Below, piece by piece: positions 25,509 to 34,595 of a DNA stretch of 64,000 bases. Under the pieces are notes generated by a model that saw nothing but the letters and a program-made list of their open reading frames with translations, was not told where the DNA came from and did not search any database. Origin of the DNA: an uncultured Gammaproteobacteria bacterium (GTDB lineage: Bacteria; Patescibacteriota; Microgenomatia; Levybacterales; UBA12049); assembly GCA_964408485.1 (NCBI GenBank), contig CAYOZJ010000001.1, positions 28,366-92,365 of the forward strand, read 5' to 3'. Each line of letters starts with the position of its first letter. Position 1 is the stretch's first letter. Made by a program: the position numbers and the translations under genes.

Positions 25509-26164
25509 TGTATTACTCCTGTTGCAGAAACAGTTGCAATCTTAGTAAACCCATATCCGGTTATACCAATCTGGGGCGTTGCACCTGACGCATTTGTTGT
25601 CACTGCACCAGTAACCGATGAGAAGAAGAAATAGGTTGCTTTTGTTTTACTTGATGTATCAATAGTCACACCCGGATCCTGAATTTTTTTCCCAAGACAA
25701 GTCTGCGTTATTCTTCCTGACCCATCTGAATTCCCATATACTGCTTGTAACTCATAGGTGTTGGTGTTGGTATTACACTGCGCAGATAAACAAAGTGAGC
25801 TAAATGAGCAACAGGCAACTACTTGGTATCCTTCTAATTCGTACCCCTGACCAGTAAATCCATTTGCAAAACAAGTAGTATCGCGAAGTTGGGAAAGCGC
25901 TCGGGATCTGGCAGTAAAAAGGGTTGTCTTAAACTCTTTCATTGCAGTGTCTACCTGCTGAGATCTGCTGTAGCTTACAAATGAGGCAATACCAACAAGG
26001 GAAAGAATTACCATAACAGAAAAAACAATAATAAGCTCTATGAGAGTAAAACCACGCTCATGCTTTGCATGAGAATTTCCAATTTCTAATTTCCAATTTC
26101 TAACAGAAAGTGTTACGGTGTTATTTTTAGAAGAATTTGAAATTTGACATTTGAAATTTGACAT
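25505..26164 (-). CDS. prepilin-type pseudopilin with long leader
   Basis: ERGFTLIELIIVFSVMVIL motif. A ~45-aa leader is encoded by a low-complexity GAAATTTGACATTT tandem repeat. Confidence 0.65.
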   Translation of the reverse strand: MSNFKCQISNSSKNNTVTLSVRNWKLEIGNSHAKHERGFTLIELIIVFSVMVILSLVGIASFVSYSRSQQVDTAMKEFKTTLFTARSRALSQLRDTTCFANGFTGQGYELEGYQVVACCSFSSLCLSAQCNTNTNTYELQAVYGNSDGSGRITQTCLGKKIQDPGVTIDTSSKTKATYFFFSSVTGAVTTNASGATPQIGITGYGFTKIATVSATGVIQ

Positions 26165-26173
26165 TTGAAATTT

Positions 26174-26740
26174 TTATGGGTTATTTTTTGTGTAGTATAC
26201 GCCTGAGGTACATGCACTATCTCCACCTGCAAACGAAGACGTTGAGTCTGTATCTGCTGAATTTTCAAGACATGCAGCAAGAGTATAGGTAGTACCTGTT
26301 GTATCGTAGTAATAACTTCCTACATGGTAATACGTATTACCCAGTGGGTCGCAGGGAATTTTCTGCATATAGGTTGACCCTGAGTAGGTAAAACTAGATG
26401 GAGTAGGGCAGGCAGCACTATTGAGCCTATTTGTCCCACCTTCTGGAGGATAAGTACCAGTATCAGATCTGTATAACTCAAGCGCCGATTGGATTTGTCT
26501 AACGTCAGATTTTCTTTGTGCATCTCTTGCACGCTGTCTAATACCAATAAAATTGGTCATAAGAAGCGTTGAAAGAATACCAATGATCGCAATAACAATA
26601 AGAAGTTCAATAAGAGTAAAGCCAGCGTTGCTGGAAGTTCCAAATCCCAATTTCCAAGAAACAATTAAATTCCAATACCTCAAATTCCACATTGTTTGTA
26701 TCTTGTTTCTTGTTTCTTGTTTCTTGTTCATACAGATCAA
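26174..26740 (-). CDS. type IV major pilin-like protein (paralog 1)
   Basis: NAGFTLIELLIVIAIIGIL followed by ARD..RKSD..QIQSALELYRSDTGTYP, the T4a pilin / GspG-like fold signature. 45-aa leader. Confidence 0.8.
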   Translation of the reverse strand: MICMNKKQETRNKIQTMWNLRYWNLIVSWKLGFGTSSNAGFTLIELLIVIAIIGILSTLLMTNFIGIRQRARDAQRKSDVRQIQSALELYRSDTGTYPPEGGTNRLNSAACPTPSSFTYSGSTYMQKIPCDPLGNTYYHVGSYYYDTTGTTYTLAACLENSADTDSTSSFAGGDSACTSGVYYTKNNP

Positions 26741-26772
26741 TGGTAAATGGTAAATAATAAATCGTCAATGGG

Positions 26773-27416
26773 CTAGGGTGTTGTGTTAGGACTACTAACA
26801 CCATAGTTGCAAGGGTGGTGTTTGCCTGACGCTCCACAATCAACTGCTGCTGGAACGTTACCACATGTGCAGTACGTGAGACTTTCCGGATTATTAATAC
26901 AATTAGAGACCGTGGCTTTGCAAGTTTGTGTGTCATTTGGTCCTTGTTCAATTGACGTATAGAGATAGTATGACTGAGGAGATCCTCCTGGGGCATAGTA
27001 CACATACGTTCTACTAGAATCCGGATCTTTCGGCACAAGATCCATGTATGGCGACCAACCGCCTGATGCTCCCCATCCAAGACTGACACCATTAAAATCT
27101 GTTATGGTGTATGACGAACTGCTTTTTGGATAATTACCATGATCTTGATAATATTGCTCTAATACTCTTTGAATTTGTGCTAAATCAGACTTACGCTCGC
27201 CATCTCGCGCTTTTCTAAATTGCGCAAGGGGATTAAGGGCTGCAAGAGCAAAAACAGCAAGAATTGCTAAGATTCCAATAACGATAATCAATTCTATAAG
27301 AGTAAAGCCAGCGTTGCTGGAAGTTCCAAATCCCAATTTCCAAGAAACAATTAAATTCCAATACCTCAAATTCCAAATTGTTTGTATCTTGTTTCTTGTG
27401 TCTTGTGTCTTCGTCA
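26773..27416 (-). CDS. type IV major pilin-like protein (paralog 2)
   Basis: Leader plus N-terminal helix nearly identical at DNA level to paralog 1. C-terminal domain divergent and Cys-containing. Start placed at MTKTQDTRNK. Confidence 0.8.
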
Positions 27417-27418
27417 TA

Positions 27419-28213
27419 TTAATTAAATGCACAACTTTGACTGCAGTGCTGATCACAATAACAGTGGATATCTCCACCATAGTCTGTACACTGCGTCTTT
27501 GGTGCAATACTATTACATCTATTATCTCCTGTGCATCCATAAAACTGGTCACCAGGGCATGCAAGCGGCGTAGGAGTTGGTGTTATAGTCGGACCACCAC
27601 TGCCACCAGTAACAGTTGGAACTGTATCGCCTTGATTAATAACGTAACTGGCAACTTGGCTACAATCAACACTTCCTGAAATAGTACAGTAATTATAGTT
27701 ATTGGTTCTATACCCATTTGGCACACATGATGTTCGCTGTGCAAGAGGACAAGCATTACTTGGGACAGACGAACTCCGCAGGGCTGAGTACAAGACGTTC
27801 CATTGAGGACAGCTACTCGTTGAGTCAGGCTCATATAAGTAACACTTATCCGAATCACTGCCACAATCAGGATCCTGAGGAACTTTTTCCATATACACAT
27901 GATTATGTACTTTCCAGATCACCCCAAAGGTCAAAGAAGTTGGGTAACATCCAGTATCATTAAAGTAGCTATCAAGTGCCCTTTGAATTTGTCCCAAATC
28001 ATGCTCTCTCTTTCCATCATTTGCTTTATTGTATTGAGCAAGGGGATTAAACGTAGTAATCAGTCCAACAAGAAGAATTCCTAAAATAGCCAAAACAACA
28101 ACTAGCTCAATAAGAGTAAAACCTGATTGATAATGAAACCAACTATACGACTGAGAAAGATTCTTCAAAAACCAAGAATTCTTACTGCGTATTTCCATAA
28201 AAAATCTCCCCAT
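27419..28213 (-). CDS. type IV pilin-like protein with Cys-rich C-terminal domain (paralog 3)
   Basis: QSGFTLIELVVVLAILGIL plus NDGKREHDLGQIQRALDSYFNDTGCYP. About 20 Cys in the C-terminal 120 aa. The start overlaps the pilD 3' end. Confidence 0.8.
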   Translation of the reverse strand: MGRFFMEIRSKNSWFLKNLSQSYSWFHYQSGFTLIELVVVLAILGILLVGLITTFNPLAQYNKANDGKREHDLGQIQRALDSYFNDTGCYPTSLTFGVIWKVHNHVYMEKVPQDPDCGSDSDKCYLYEPDSTSSCPQWNVLYSALRSSSVPSNACPLAQRTSCVPNGYRTNNYNYCTISGSVDCSQVASYVINQGDTVPTVTGGSGGPTITPTPTPLACPGDQFYGCTGDNRCNSIAPKTQCTDYGGDIHCYCDQHCSQSCAFN

Positions 28214-28935
28214 ATTAGTGCTAGTAATGCTCCGAGAAAAAGGAAAGGTCCAAAAGCAATTGTGCTTCCTTTAAATTTCTTTTTCCCTTCTAAAATGAGT
28301 ATGACGCCGCATATACCACCTGTCAAGAAAGCTATATAGTATGCAACAACAATATATGGAAATCCAAGAAGAAATCCTAAAATTGCAACAAGTTTTACAT
28401 CTCCAAACCCCATCCCCCTGCCTTTAGAAAAAAGAAAAATAAGAAAAAGCGGTAAACTAGCCATAATAGCTACAACTAATCGCAAAGGAATCGTTGTGGG
28501 ATCGACAAGGAAAACAGCACACACAACAAGAATTCCAAACACAATAAGCAATGCATCCGACAAGATATGATACTTGATATCCATAATCGCAAGAGCAATC
28601 CCTAGAGAAAACAGTAACGCACTAATTGAATACATACCGAGATGAACCATATCGGTAGGCCACTGAAAAAGAAAAATCCCAATAAAAGCGATGCCAGTGA
28701 GAAGTTCTATGAGAGGGTATTGAAAAGAAAGCTTTTTATGACAATACCTACATTTTCCTCTCAGGAAGGCAAAGGACACAATTGGAATGAGATCAAACGC
28801 AGAAAGAGTATGATGACAAAAATCACAATGTGACCGACCAAAAAGTACTGATTTATTTGCAGGTATTCTATCAATCAAAACATTAAGAAACGAACCCATA
28901 CATAATCCAAAAATAAATAAAAAAAATATTGCCAT
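28165..28935 (-). CDS. pilD: prepilin peptidase (A24 family)
   Basis: N-terminal CxxC...CxxC zinc-binding cytoplasmic domain and polytopic membrane domain (GMGFGDVKL region). Confidence 0.9.
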   Translation of the reverse strand: MAIFFLFIFGLCMGSFLNVLIDRIPANKSVLFGRSHCDFCHHTLSAFDLIPIVSFAFLRGKCRYCHKKLSFQYPLIELLTGIAFIGIFLFQWPTDMVHLGMYSISALLFSLGIALAIMDIKYHILSDALLIVFGILVVCAVFLVDPTTIPLRLVVAIMASLPLFLIFLFSKGRGMGFGDVKLVAILGFLLGFPYIVVAYYIAFLTGGICGVILILEGKKKFKGSTIAFGPFLFLGALLALIWGDFLWKYAVRILGF

Positions 28936-28998
28936 AAAACAACCCTCACCCTTGTATTCCCTCTCCCAAAAGGAGAGGGGGCTTTGTCACGTTACCCA

Positions 28999-30153
28999 TT
29001 ATGCTACCCAATAATTAAGACTATGCATCACAAGAAAAAGTCCTTGTAATAGTAAGCTTATGTAGAGATATGGAAAAGTAATTGTTTCATATTTTTTTTC
29101 ATATGACATAATCGATAAACATACAAATAAAGGAAAAATAATAACCAAATATCTTGTGTATGACATAAAACTACCACCCAAGACGGGCAACAATCCAAAG
29201 CAAAGACTATAAACAAAATATACTGCAGACACTCTTTTTCTCATAAAGAAAAGGGATACAACAAAGGAGAAAAAAAACAGTCTATCAAGCAGGGAATCAG
29301 TAAATCCATGAATATGCAATGGAAAAGTAAACAATGCCTTAAGAAAAAAGAGAGGATTAAAAAGAGAAAAAAATGAATAATGAGAAACAAAATTTTGCTG
29401 TGCGCTAAACTGTGCAAACAAGCTTCCCGCTGTAATATAATAGATGATCATTGCAAGAATAAGCCCAAAAATGGGAAGAAAAAGAAAGAGTGTCTTTTTT
29501 TGTAATACTGTTTTCCCAATAACATGCATTTCGTCATAAAAAGAATGACGAGAATATTCAAGAATATAGGAAAAAAAGAAAGGAATAAGTATCGCAACTC
29601 CAATCAAACGCGTCAACGGAAGGAAGAATGCAACAAGAGATGCTCTGACAAGTTTTTTTTCTTGGAGAAAAAGAAAGAATAAAATAACAAGCAGGAAAAA
29701 CAGACTTTCTGTGTAAATAAGAGAGAAATAAAAACTTGTTGGAAAAGCAAGCAGCAGCAACAGGCTTCTTTTTGCAATTTTTTCGTTGTATTGATTCTTA
29801 ATCAAGAGATAAAACAAGTAAAAGCCGATACAAGAGAAAACATTTGCAAGTACCATCCCTGCAACAAAACTATTTCTTACTATCAACGTTGTGAGAAATA
29901 TAATAAAAGGCAAAAGAGGAGAGAATGCATTAGATTCATCATTTTTATGATATCCTTTCTCGCTTATATAAAGATAGTGCTGTGCATCCCATGTTTTATA
30001 TGAAGTGACAAGTGAAATTTGTTCGCGTATTGGATACGTAAAATTTGCAAAATATGTTGGTGCATTAAATGGTAAAAGAGAAAAACAAAGAAAAATAAAA
30101 ACAACAATACAAATTTTTACTGACAGAATAATAAAAATTATATCTCGTTTCAT
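28999..30153 (-). CDS. polytopic membrane protein, putative GT-C-fold glycosyltransferase
   Basis: About 11 predicted TM segments and a WDAQHYLYISEKGY motif in the first extracytoplasmic loop, reminiscent of GT-C mannosyltransferases. Functional assignment is inferential. Confidence 0.45.
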   Translation of the reverse strand: MKRDIIFIILSVKICIVVFIFLCFSLLPFNAPTYFANFTYPIREQISLVTSYKTWDAQHYLYISEKGYHKNDESNAFSPLLPFIIFLTTLIVRNSFVAGMVLANVFSCIGFYLFYLLIKNQYNEKIAKRSLLLLLAFPTSFYFSLIYTESLFFLLVILFFLFLQEKKLVRASLVAFFLPLTRLIGVAILIPFFFSYILEYSRHSFYDEMHVIGKTVLQKKTLFLFLPIFGLILAMIIYYITAGSLFAQFSAQQNFVSHYSFFSLFNPLFFLKALFTFPLHIHGFTDSLLDRLFFFSFVVSLFFMRKRVSAVYFVYSLCFGLLPVLGGSFMSYTRYLVIIFPLFVCLSIMSYEKKYETITFPYLYISLLLQGLFLVMHSLNYWVA

Positions 30154-30162
30154 ACAATAGGT

Positions 30163-32196
30163 TTATTTACTTGATACTCCAAGCGTATCTTTTGACGCTG
30201 ACAATGCCTTTTGAAAGTCTTTGCGATAGAGTTGGGTATAGGCGATACTTACCTCACTTGCTCTTTTTTTATCTTTAAAACAATTCAGATACATAGTATA
30301 TAAGAGAAAGTATGGTGTTTCTTGATACTGGTTGAGTGCTAGTGATTGAGAAAGATTATCTGCTGCATAGCCACATTTTCCAGCAATTCCAGAATATAAA
30401 ACTCCCAACGCGCTATATGCTTTATCATTATTCGGCTCAATATCGCGGGCTTTTTTATAGAAAGAAAGCGCGCTATCTGTATCTTGATAGCGTGTATAGA
30501 TAAAGGTTCCAGTAGCAATAAGTGAATTACTATACGCATTGGGGATTTCCGCAATTGTTAGGCTATGAGCAACAGGATTTTTTCTTTCTTCAATTGTTGG
30601 AGCATGAAGCGTTGACCAAATAGAACCAACTTGCATTTCGTAACTTTTTTTGTCGGGGAGACGATCTACATCTTGATACATTTCAAAAACAAGTCCGAAA
30701 GGTACCCATATAAGTTTTTCGCCTGTTTTGGGTTGAAATTGAGTTGTTGAAAAAATTCGCCGTGTGCTACTCATCGAACGGACTATCTTTATTAGTGCTT
30801 CTGTTCTATTTTTCGAGCTAACTCCTTTAAGACCATCTGCAATACTATTGTGCGTTACAGGTGTTGCCCCTATATTATAAAGGAGAATGTCTGGCCGGTC
30901 ATGAAGCGCGTAATGCACATACCATGTATTAAAAATTTGTGTATCCCCAGATATAAGAAGTACAGCATTACGCGGCAATGGATCGAGAAAGTCTTTCGCG
31001 TAGGTATCGCCAATCATAAGGGATGCAAGATTTGTCTTAGGGGTATTATAGACAAAAAGCATGAGCGGAATGAAAAGAAAAAGACAGGTAAAAAGAACTT
31101 CATAATGACGTTTGGGTAAAAAGCTTGCAAGACGCACAGTAAATACATAAAGGCCAATTCCAAAAGGAATAAGAAAAATCACCGTTGAAAGTAAGGTAAA
31201 TCGTTCGTATGCACCAATAATAAAACTGCTTGTTAAAGGAAATCCTGCATACATCAAAAAAACTGGACCAGAAAGCAACCACGCAAGAAATAGTGACGTG
31301 AAGAGTATTTTATCCTTTTTGAAAATGTGCCAAAACCCAAGAAAAGTAAGTACTATCGTTGGAATTGTTAACTGAAATAAAAGATACTGTACATAAAGCC
31401 ATAAGGTAACAAGGCGTTGCGCAAAGGAAGGCGTATCAAAAATACCAGCTTGAAAGGTACCATAATCTTTCCGGAGAATTAAATGAAAAAAGGAGGGAAT
31501 ATCATGAACTGAATCCCAATTAATAATTGGGTTATGGGCAGATGCAATAAAAATATATAAGAAAGGTGTTAATCCAAGAACAAATGATAAAAGCAAAAGA
31601 AGAATCAATAACATATTCTTTTTTATCTGAAGAAATAATTGTTTCCCAATTAATAGAAAAAGTGATGGAACGATAAGAATAATTGTTGAATGATGCGTAG
31701 AGGCAAGTCCGAGGCAAAAAAAGAAAAGATACAATACGGGTCCTTTTTTACTTTGACGAAAAAGAAGCGCCAAAAGAAATAGCACAAGCGCAAAGAATGT
31801 ATTTAACATAAATACTTCAGCAACTTCCGCATAAAACCAATAGAGAAAAGAGAATCCAAGAATGAGTGATGCAACAACACTGTTTAATGAATTTTTTGTA
31901 AGTTGCTTGGTAAAAAGATAAAAACATACAACGCCACCTGCTCCCGCAAATGCAGAAATTAACCCAACGGCAAATGCAGGAGAAATACGAGCAAGAATGG
32001 AATGAGTTAGTAAAAATCCTAGAAAGGTGAATAACGGATATCCTGAAGGGTGAGCAACTCCTCCAACGCTTGCTGCTGTTACTAAGTCGCCAACATCTCC
32101 TCCATAAATACTTCTCGAGAGATGACTAACGTAAAGCAGCAAAAATCCACTAAACAAAAATGTGGGCAGGATAATTTTCTTAACTAAAGAGAGCAT
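30163..32196 (-). CDS. DUF2723/TMEM260-like GT-C membrane protein with C-terminal TPR repeats
   Basis: N-terminal polytopic domain with GGDVGDL...HPSGYPLF loop, then a soluble C-terminal TPR region (YKKARDIEPNNDKAYSALGVLY...). Confidence 0.55.
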   Translation of the reverse strand: MLSLVKKIILPTFLFSGFLLLYVSHLSRSIYGGDVGDLVTAASVGGVAHPSGYPLFTFLGFLLTHSILARISPAFAVGLISAFAGAGGVVCFYLFTKQLTKNSLNSVVASLILGFSFLYWFYAEVAEVFMLNTFFALVLFLLALLFRQSKKGPVLYLFFFCLGLASTHHSTIILIVPSLFLLIGKQLFLQIKKNMLLILLLLLSFVLGLTPFLYIFIASAHNPIINWDSVHDIPSFFHLILRKDYGTFQAGIFDTPSFAQRLVTLWLYVQYLLFQLTIPTIVLTFLGFWHIFKKDKILFTSLFLAWLLSGPVFLMYAGFPLTSSFIIGAYERFTLLSTVIFLIPFGIGLYVFTVRLASFLPKRHYEVLFTCLFLFIPLMLFVYNTPKTNLASLMIGDTYAKDFLDPLPRNAVLLISGDTQIFNTWYVHYALHDRPDILLYNIGATPVTHNSIADGLKGVSSKNRTEALIKIVRSMSSTRRIFSTTQFQPKTGEKLIWVPFGLVFEMYQDVDRLPDKKSYEMQVGSIWSTLHAPTIEERKNPVAHSLTIAEIPNAYSNSLIATGTFIYTRYQDTDSALSFYKKARDIEPNNDKAYSALGVLYSGIAGKCGYAADNLSQSLALNQYQETPYFLLYTMYLNCFKDKKRASEVSIAYTQLYRKDFQKALSASKDTLGVSSK

Positions 32197-32202
32197 GAGA
32201 GC

Positions 32203-32763
32203 CTATTGCGAGCACCAATAGCAGGCAGTTGATGTTGGATTACAATCTCCAGTTGGTGAGTGTGGCGAACCATCTCTATTAAATTTAGCATTTGGATCCG
32301 ACCTTTGAGCTTTTGATTGTGGTTGGAAGCAGGCGGTAATATCGGTATCTGTTCCACTGACAATGATACTAGTTAATACACTCGTTACTGTCGTGAAGGC
32401 AGCCTTAATCTCTCCATCTGACACAAGACTACTCAAGCAAGTTACCAAATCAGGATTAAGAGACAATGACGTTGGATTATTATTGCCATTACACCCATTA
32501 TGCCATGGCATACTGTTATGAGTTGTGTAGTAGCGAATATTTGCATCAATAAATTCAACCGCAGTATTTTTAGTGTTCGCATCATTTGCTTTCTTAAGCT
32601 GCTCGAATGGATCAATAGTTGCAACAAGCGCTGCAGCCAAAACACCTAAAATACCAATAACAACAAGGAGTTCGATAAGGGTAAAACCCTTTTGTGAAGA
32701 AATATGAAAACTCCTTAGGAGTTTGGACAGTTTTTTCATGAATCTATACTTTAAGTTAAACAT
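32203..32763 (-). CDS. type IV pilin-like protein
   Basis: KGFTLIELLVVIGILGVLAAALVATI class III signal and N-terminal helix. Start may be the second Met (MKKLSKLL). Confidence 0.75.
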   Translation of the reverse strand: MFNLKYRFMKKLSKLLRSFHISSQKGFTLIELLVVIGILGVLAAALVATIDPFEQLKKANDANTKNTAVEFIDANIRYYTTHNSMPWHNGCNGNNNPTSLSLNPDLVTCLSSLVSDGEIKAAFTTVTSVLTSIIVSGTDTDITACFQPQSKAQRSDPNAKFNRDGSPHSPTGDCNPTSTACYWCSQ

Positions 32764-32885
32764 ACTTTTTTTAACCTTGTCAAGCCCCGTGTTTAGTCTG
32801 TCAATCCCACCACGTAATTACTCTCTTACCTTTCTCTCGCTCCTTTTTGATTTTCTTTTATTTTTAAGAGTAAAAAATAAGTATA

Positions 32886-33397
32886 TGCGTCACCATGATA
32901 CACTTTTTACATATAATAAAAGCAGAGAAAGCAGTTCACCTAACCAACAAGGTCCTCCTTCCACAAATGAAAAGCAAAAACTCCACCATCTCATGAATAG
33001 ATCTCAAACACCACTGCTAGAAGTTACTACGGTTTTTCCTTTTGACTTGTTTCCTGACACGATTGTTATTGATGCAACCAAAGTACATATTATTGATAGG
33101 GAATTTTTCTTCACTGAAGAGATTCACAGTATCCCTATTAAAAATATCGTTGATATTTATGTCGATACAGGACCATTTTTTGCAACTCTTCGAATACTTC
33201 CTCAATTGATATTTCAAAACCAAATTACACAAATTCCAAAACTATGGAAATCAGATGCGATGAAAGCAAGAGATGTCATCCAAGGACTTATTCTTGCAAC
33301 AAAAGAAAATATTAATGTGACAAATCTGCCTGATGAGGTAGATACAGATCAACTGCAGCACGACTTACAATCACTGGGACGACCTCAGCCTCATTGA
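32886..33397 (+). CDS. hypothetical protein (about 170 aa), only plus-strand gene inside the pilus locus
   Basis: ATG at 32886. The ORF-track 5' extension overlaps the pilin on the opposite strand and was discarded. No family recognised. Confidence 0.35.
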
Positions 33398-34593
33398 ATA
33401 CTTGAAGTAAGGTTATAAATTGGAGTAATGATTGAAATAATCAGAAAAGATACGCCAATACCCAACACGATCATAATAAATGGTTCCATTGCCGTTGTTA
33501 ATGTTTTGACTGTCCCATCAACTTCACGCTCAAAGTACTCACTGACTTTAAGGAGCGATTCATCTAATTTTCCTGTTTGCTCGCCAATTTTTACCATTTG
33601 GACAAGAATGGGAGGAAAAATATCAAATGCATTCATAGCGTCCCCAATAGTAACGCCTTTTTCAACGCGCTTGGAAATCTCCTGAATTGCACTTCGATAG
33701 ATAACATTTCCTGTCGTATCAGCTGATTCATTTAATGACTGGACAACAAGCGTCCCTGCACTTATAAGAAGACCAAATGTACGGGTAAATTCAGCCATAA
33801 TGGTCTTTTTGATGAGATTACCAAAAACAGGAAGACGAAGCTTAATTCCATCGGTAATCAGTTTTCCTGAATCAGTTTTTCGCCATCTGTTATATGCAAC
33901 GCCAAACAAAATAACCATGCCCAAGATTAACGGCCAAAATCCAATGGTGAAATCAGAAACACTTACCATAAACTGTGTCGTGGGAGGCAAGGGAATATTG
34001 AGATTTTGGTACAAAACAGTTAATTGAGGAATAACAAAAATCATCATAACAAACATAACAACAACCATAAGGACAACAACAATAACAGGATAGGTAAGAG
34101 CAGACTTAATTGTCGCTTGCAATTTTTGTTGCTTCTCCAAGTTATCAGCAAGCCGCAAAAGTACTTTATCTAAAAATCCAGAAGATTCTGCAGCACGAAT
34201 AAGAGAAATGTAAATCGGATTAAAAATCTTCGGATACTTGGCAATTGCATCGGCAAATGTTTTTCCTTCTTGGACATCTCCTATAAGGCTATTTACCACT
34301 TGCTTCATCGCAGGATTCTGAACTTGTTCTTTTAAAATATTGAGCGCCTGCATAAGTGTTAGACCGGAGGAGAGAATGGATGACAATTGTCTTGTAAATA
34401 AAACCAAATCTTCTGTTGAAGATTTTTGAAAAAGTTGGGAAAAAGAAAAACTATTCGTTGCAATTTGCCTCACAGAAAGTGGCAACATACCTTTCCCTCT
34501 TAGAAATCCCACAGCCTCATTAACATCTCTTGCTTCCAAAACACCCTGGGTTATTTTGCCATCCTTGCTGGTCGCGCGGTACGTTATTTTCAT
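33391..34593 (-). CDS. pilC: type IV pilus platform protein PilC (GspF family)
   Basis: Two GspF-type repeats and three TM segments. Confidence 0.9.
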   Translation of the reverse strand: MKITYRATSKDGKITQGVLEARDVNEAVGFLRGKGMLPLSVRQIATNSFSFSQLFQKSSTEDLVLFTRQLSSILSSGLTLMQALNILKEQVQNPAMKQVVNSLIGDVQEGKTFADAIAKYPKIFNPIYISLIRAAESSGFLDKVLLRLADNLEKQQKLQATIKSALTYPVIVVVLMVVVMFVMMIFVIPQLTVLYQNLNIPLPPTTQFMVSVSDFTIGFWPLILGMVILFGVAYNRWRKTDSGKLITDGIKLRLPVFGNLIKKTIMAEFTRTFGLLISAGTLVVQSLNESADTTGNVIYRSAIQEISKRVEKGVTIGDAMNAFDIFPPILVQMVKIGEQTGKLDESLLKVSEYFEREVDGTVKTLTTAMEPFIMIVLGIGVSFLIISIITPIYNLTSSIQ

Positions 34594-34595
34594 GA

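Noticed and set aside
26085-26165. CRISPR-like array from tandem GAAATTTGACATTT repeats
   Set aside because: Only about three short contiguous low-complexity repeats with no spacers. They lie within the 5' end and leader of a pilin gene.
26605-27416. Diversity-generating retroelement (template/variable repeat pair) in pilin genes
   Set aside because: The repeat covers the constant leader and N-terminal helix, not a C-terminal variable region. The differences are not adenine-specific, and no reverse transcriptase is nearby.
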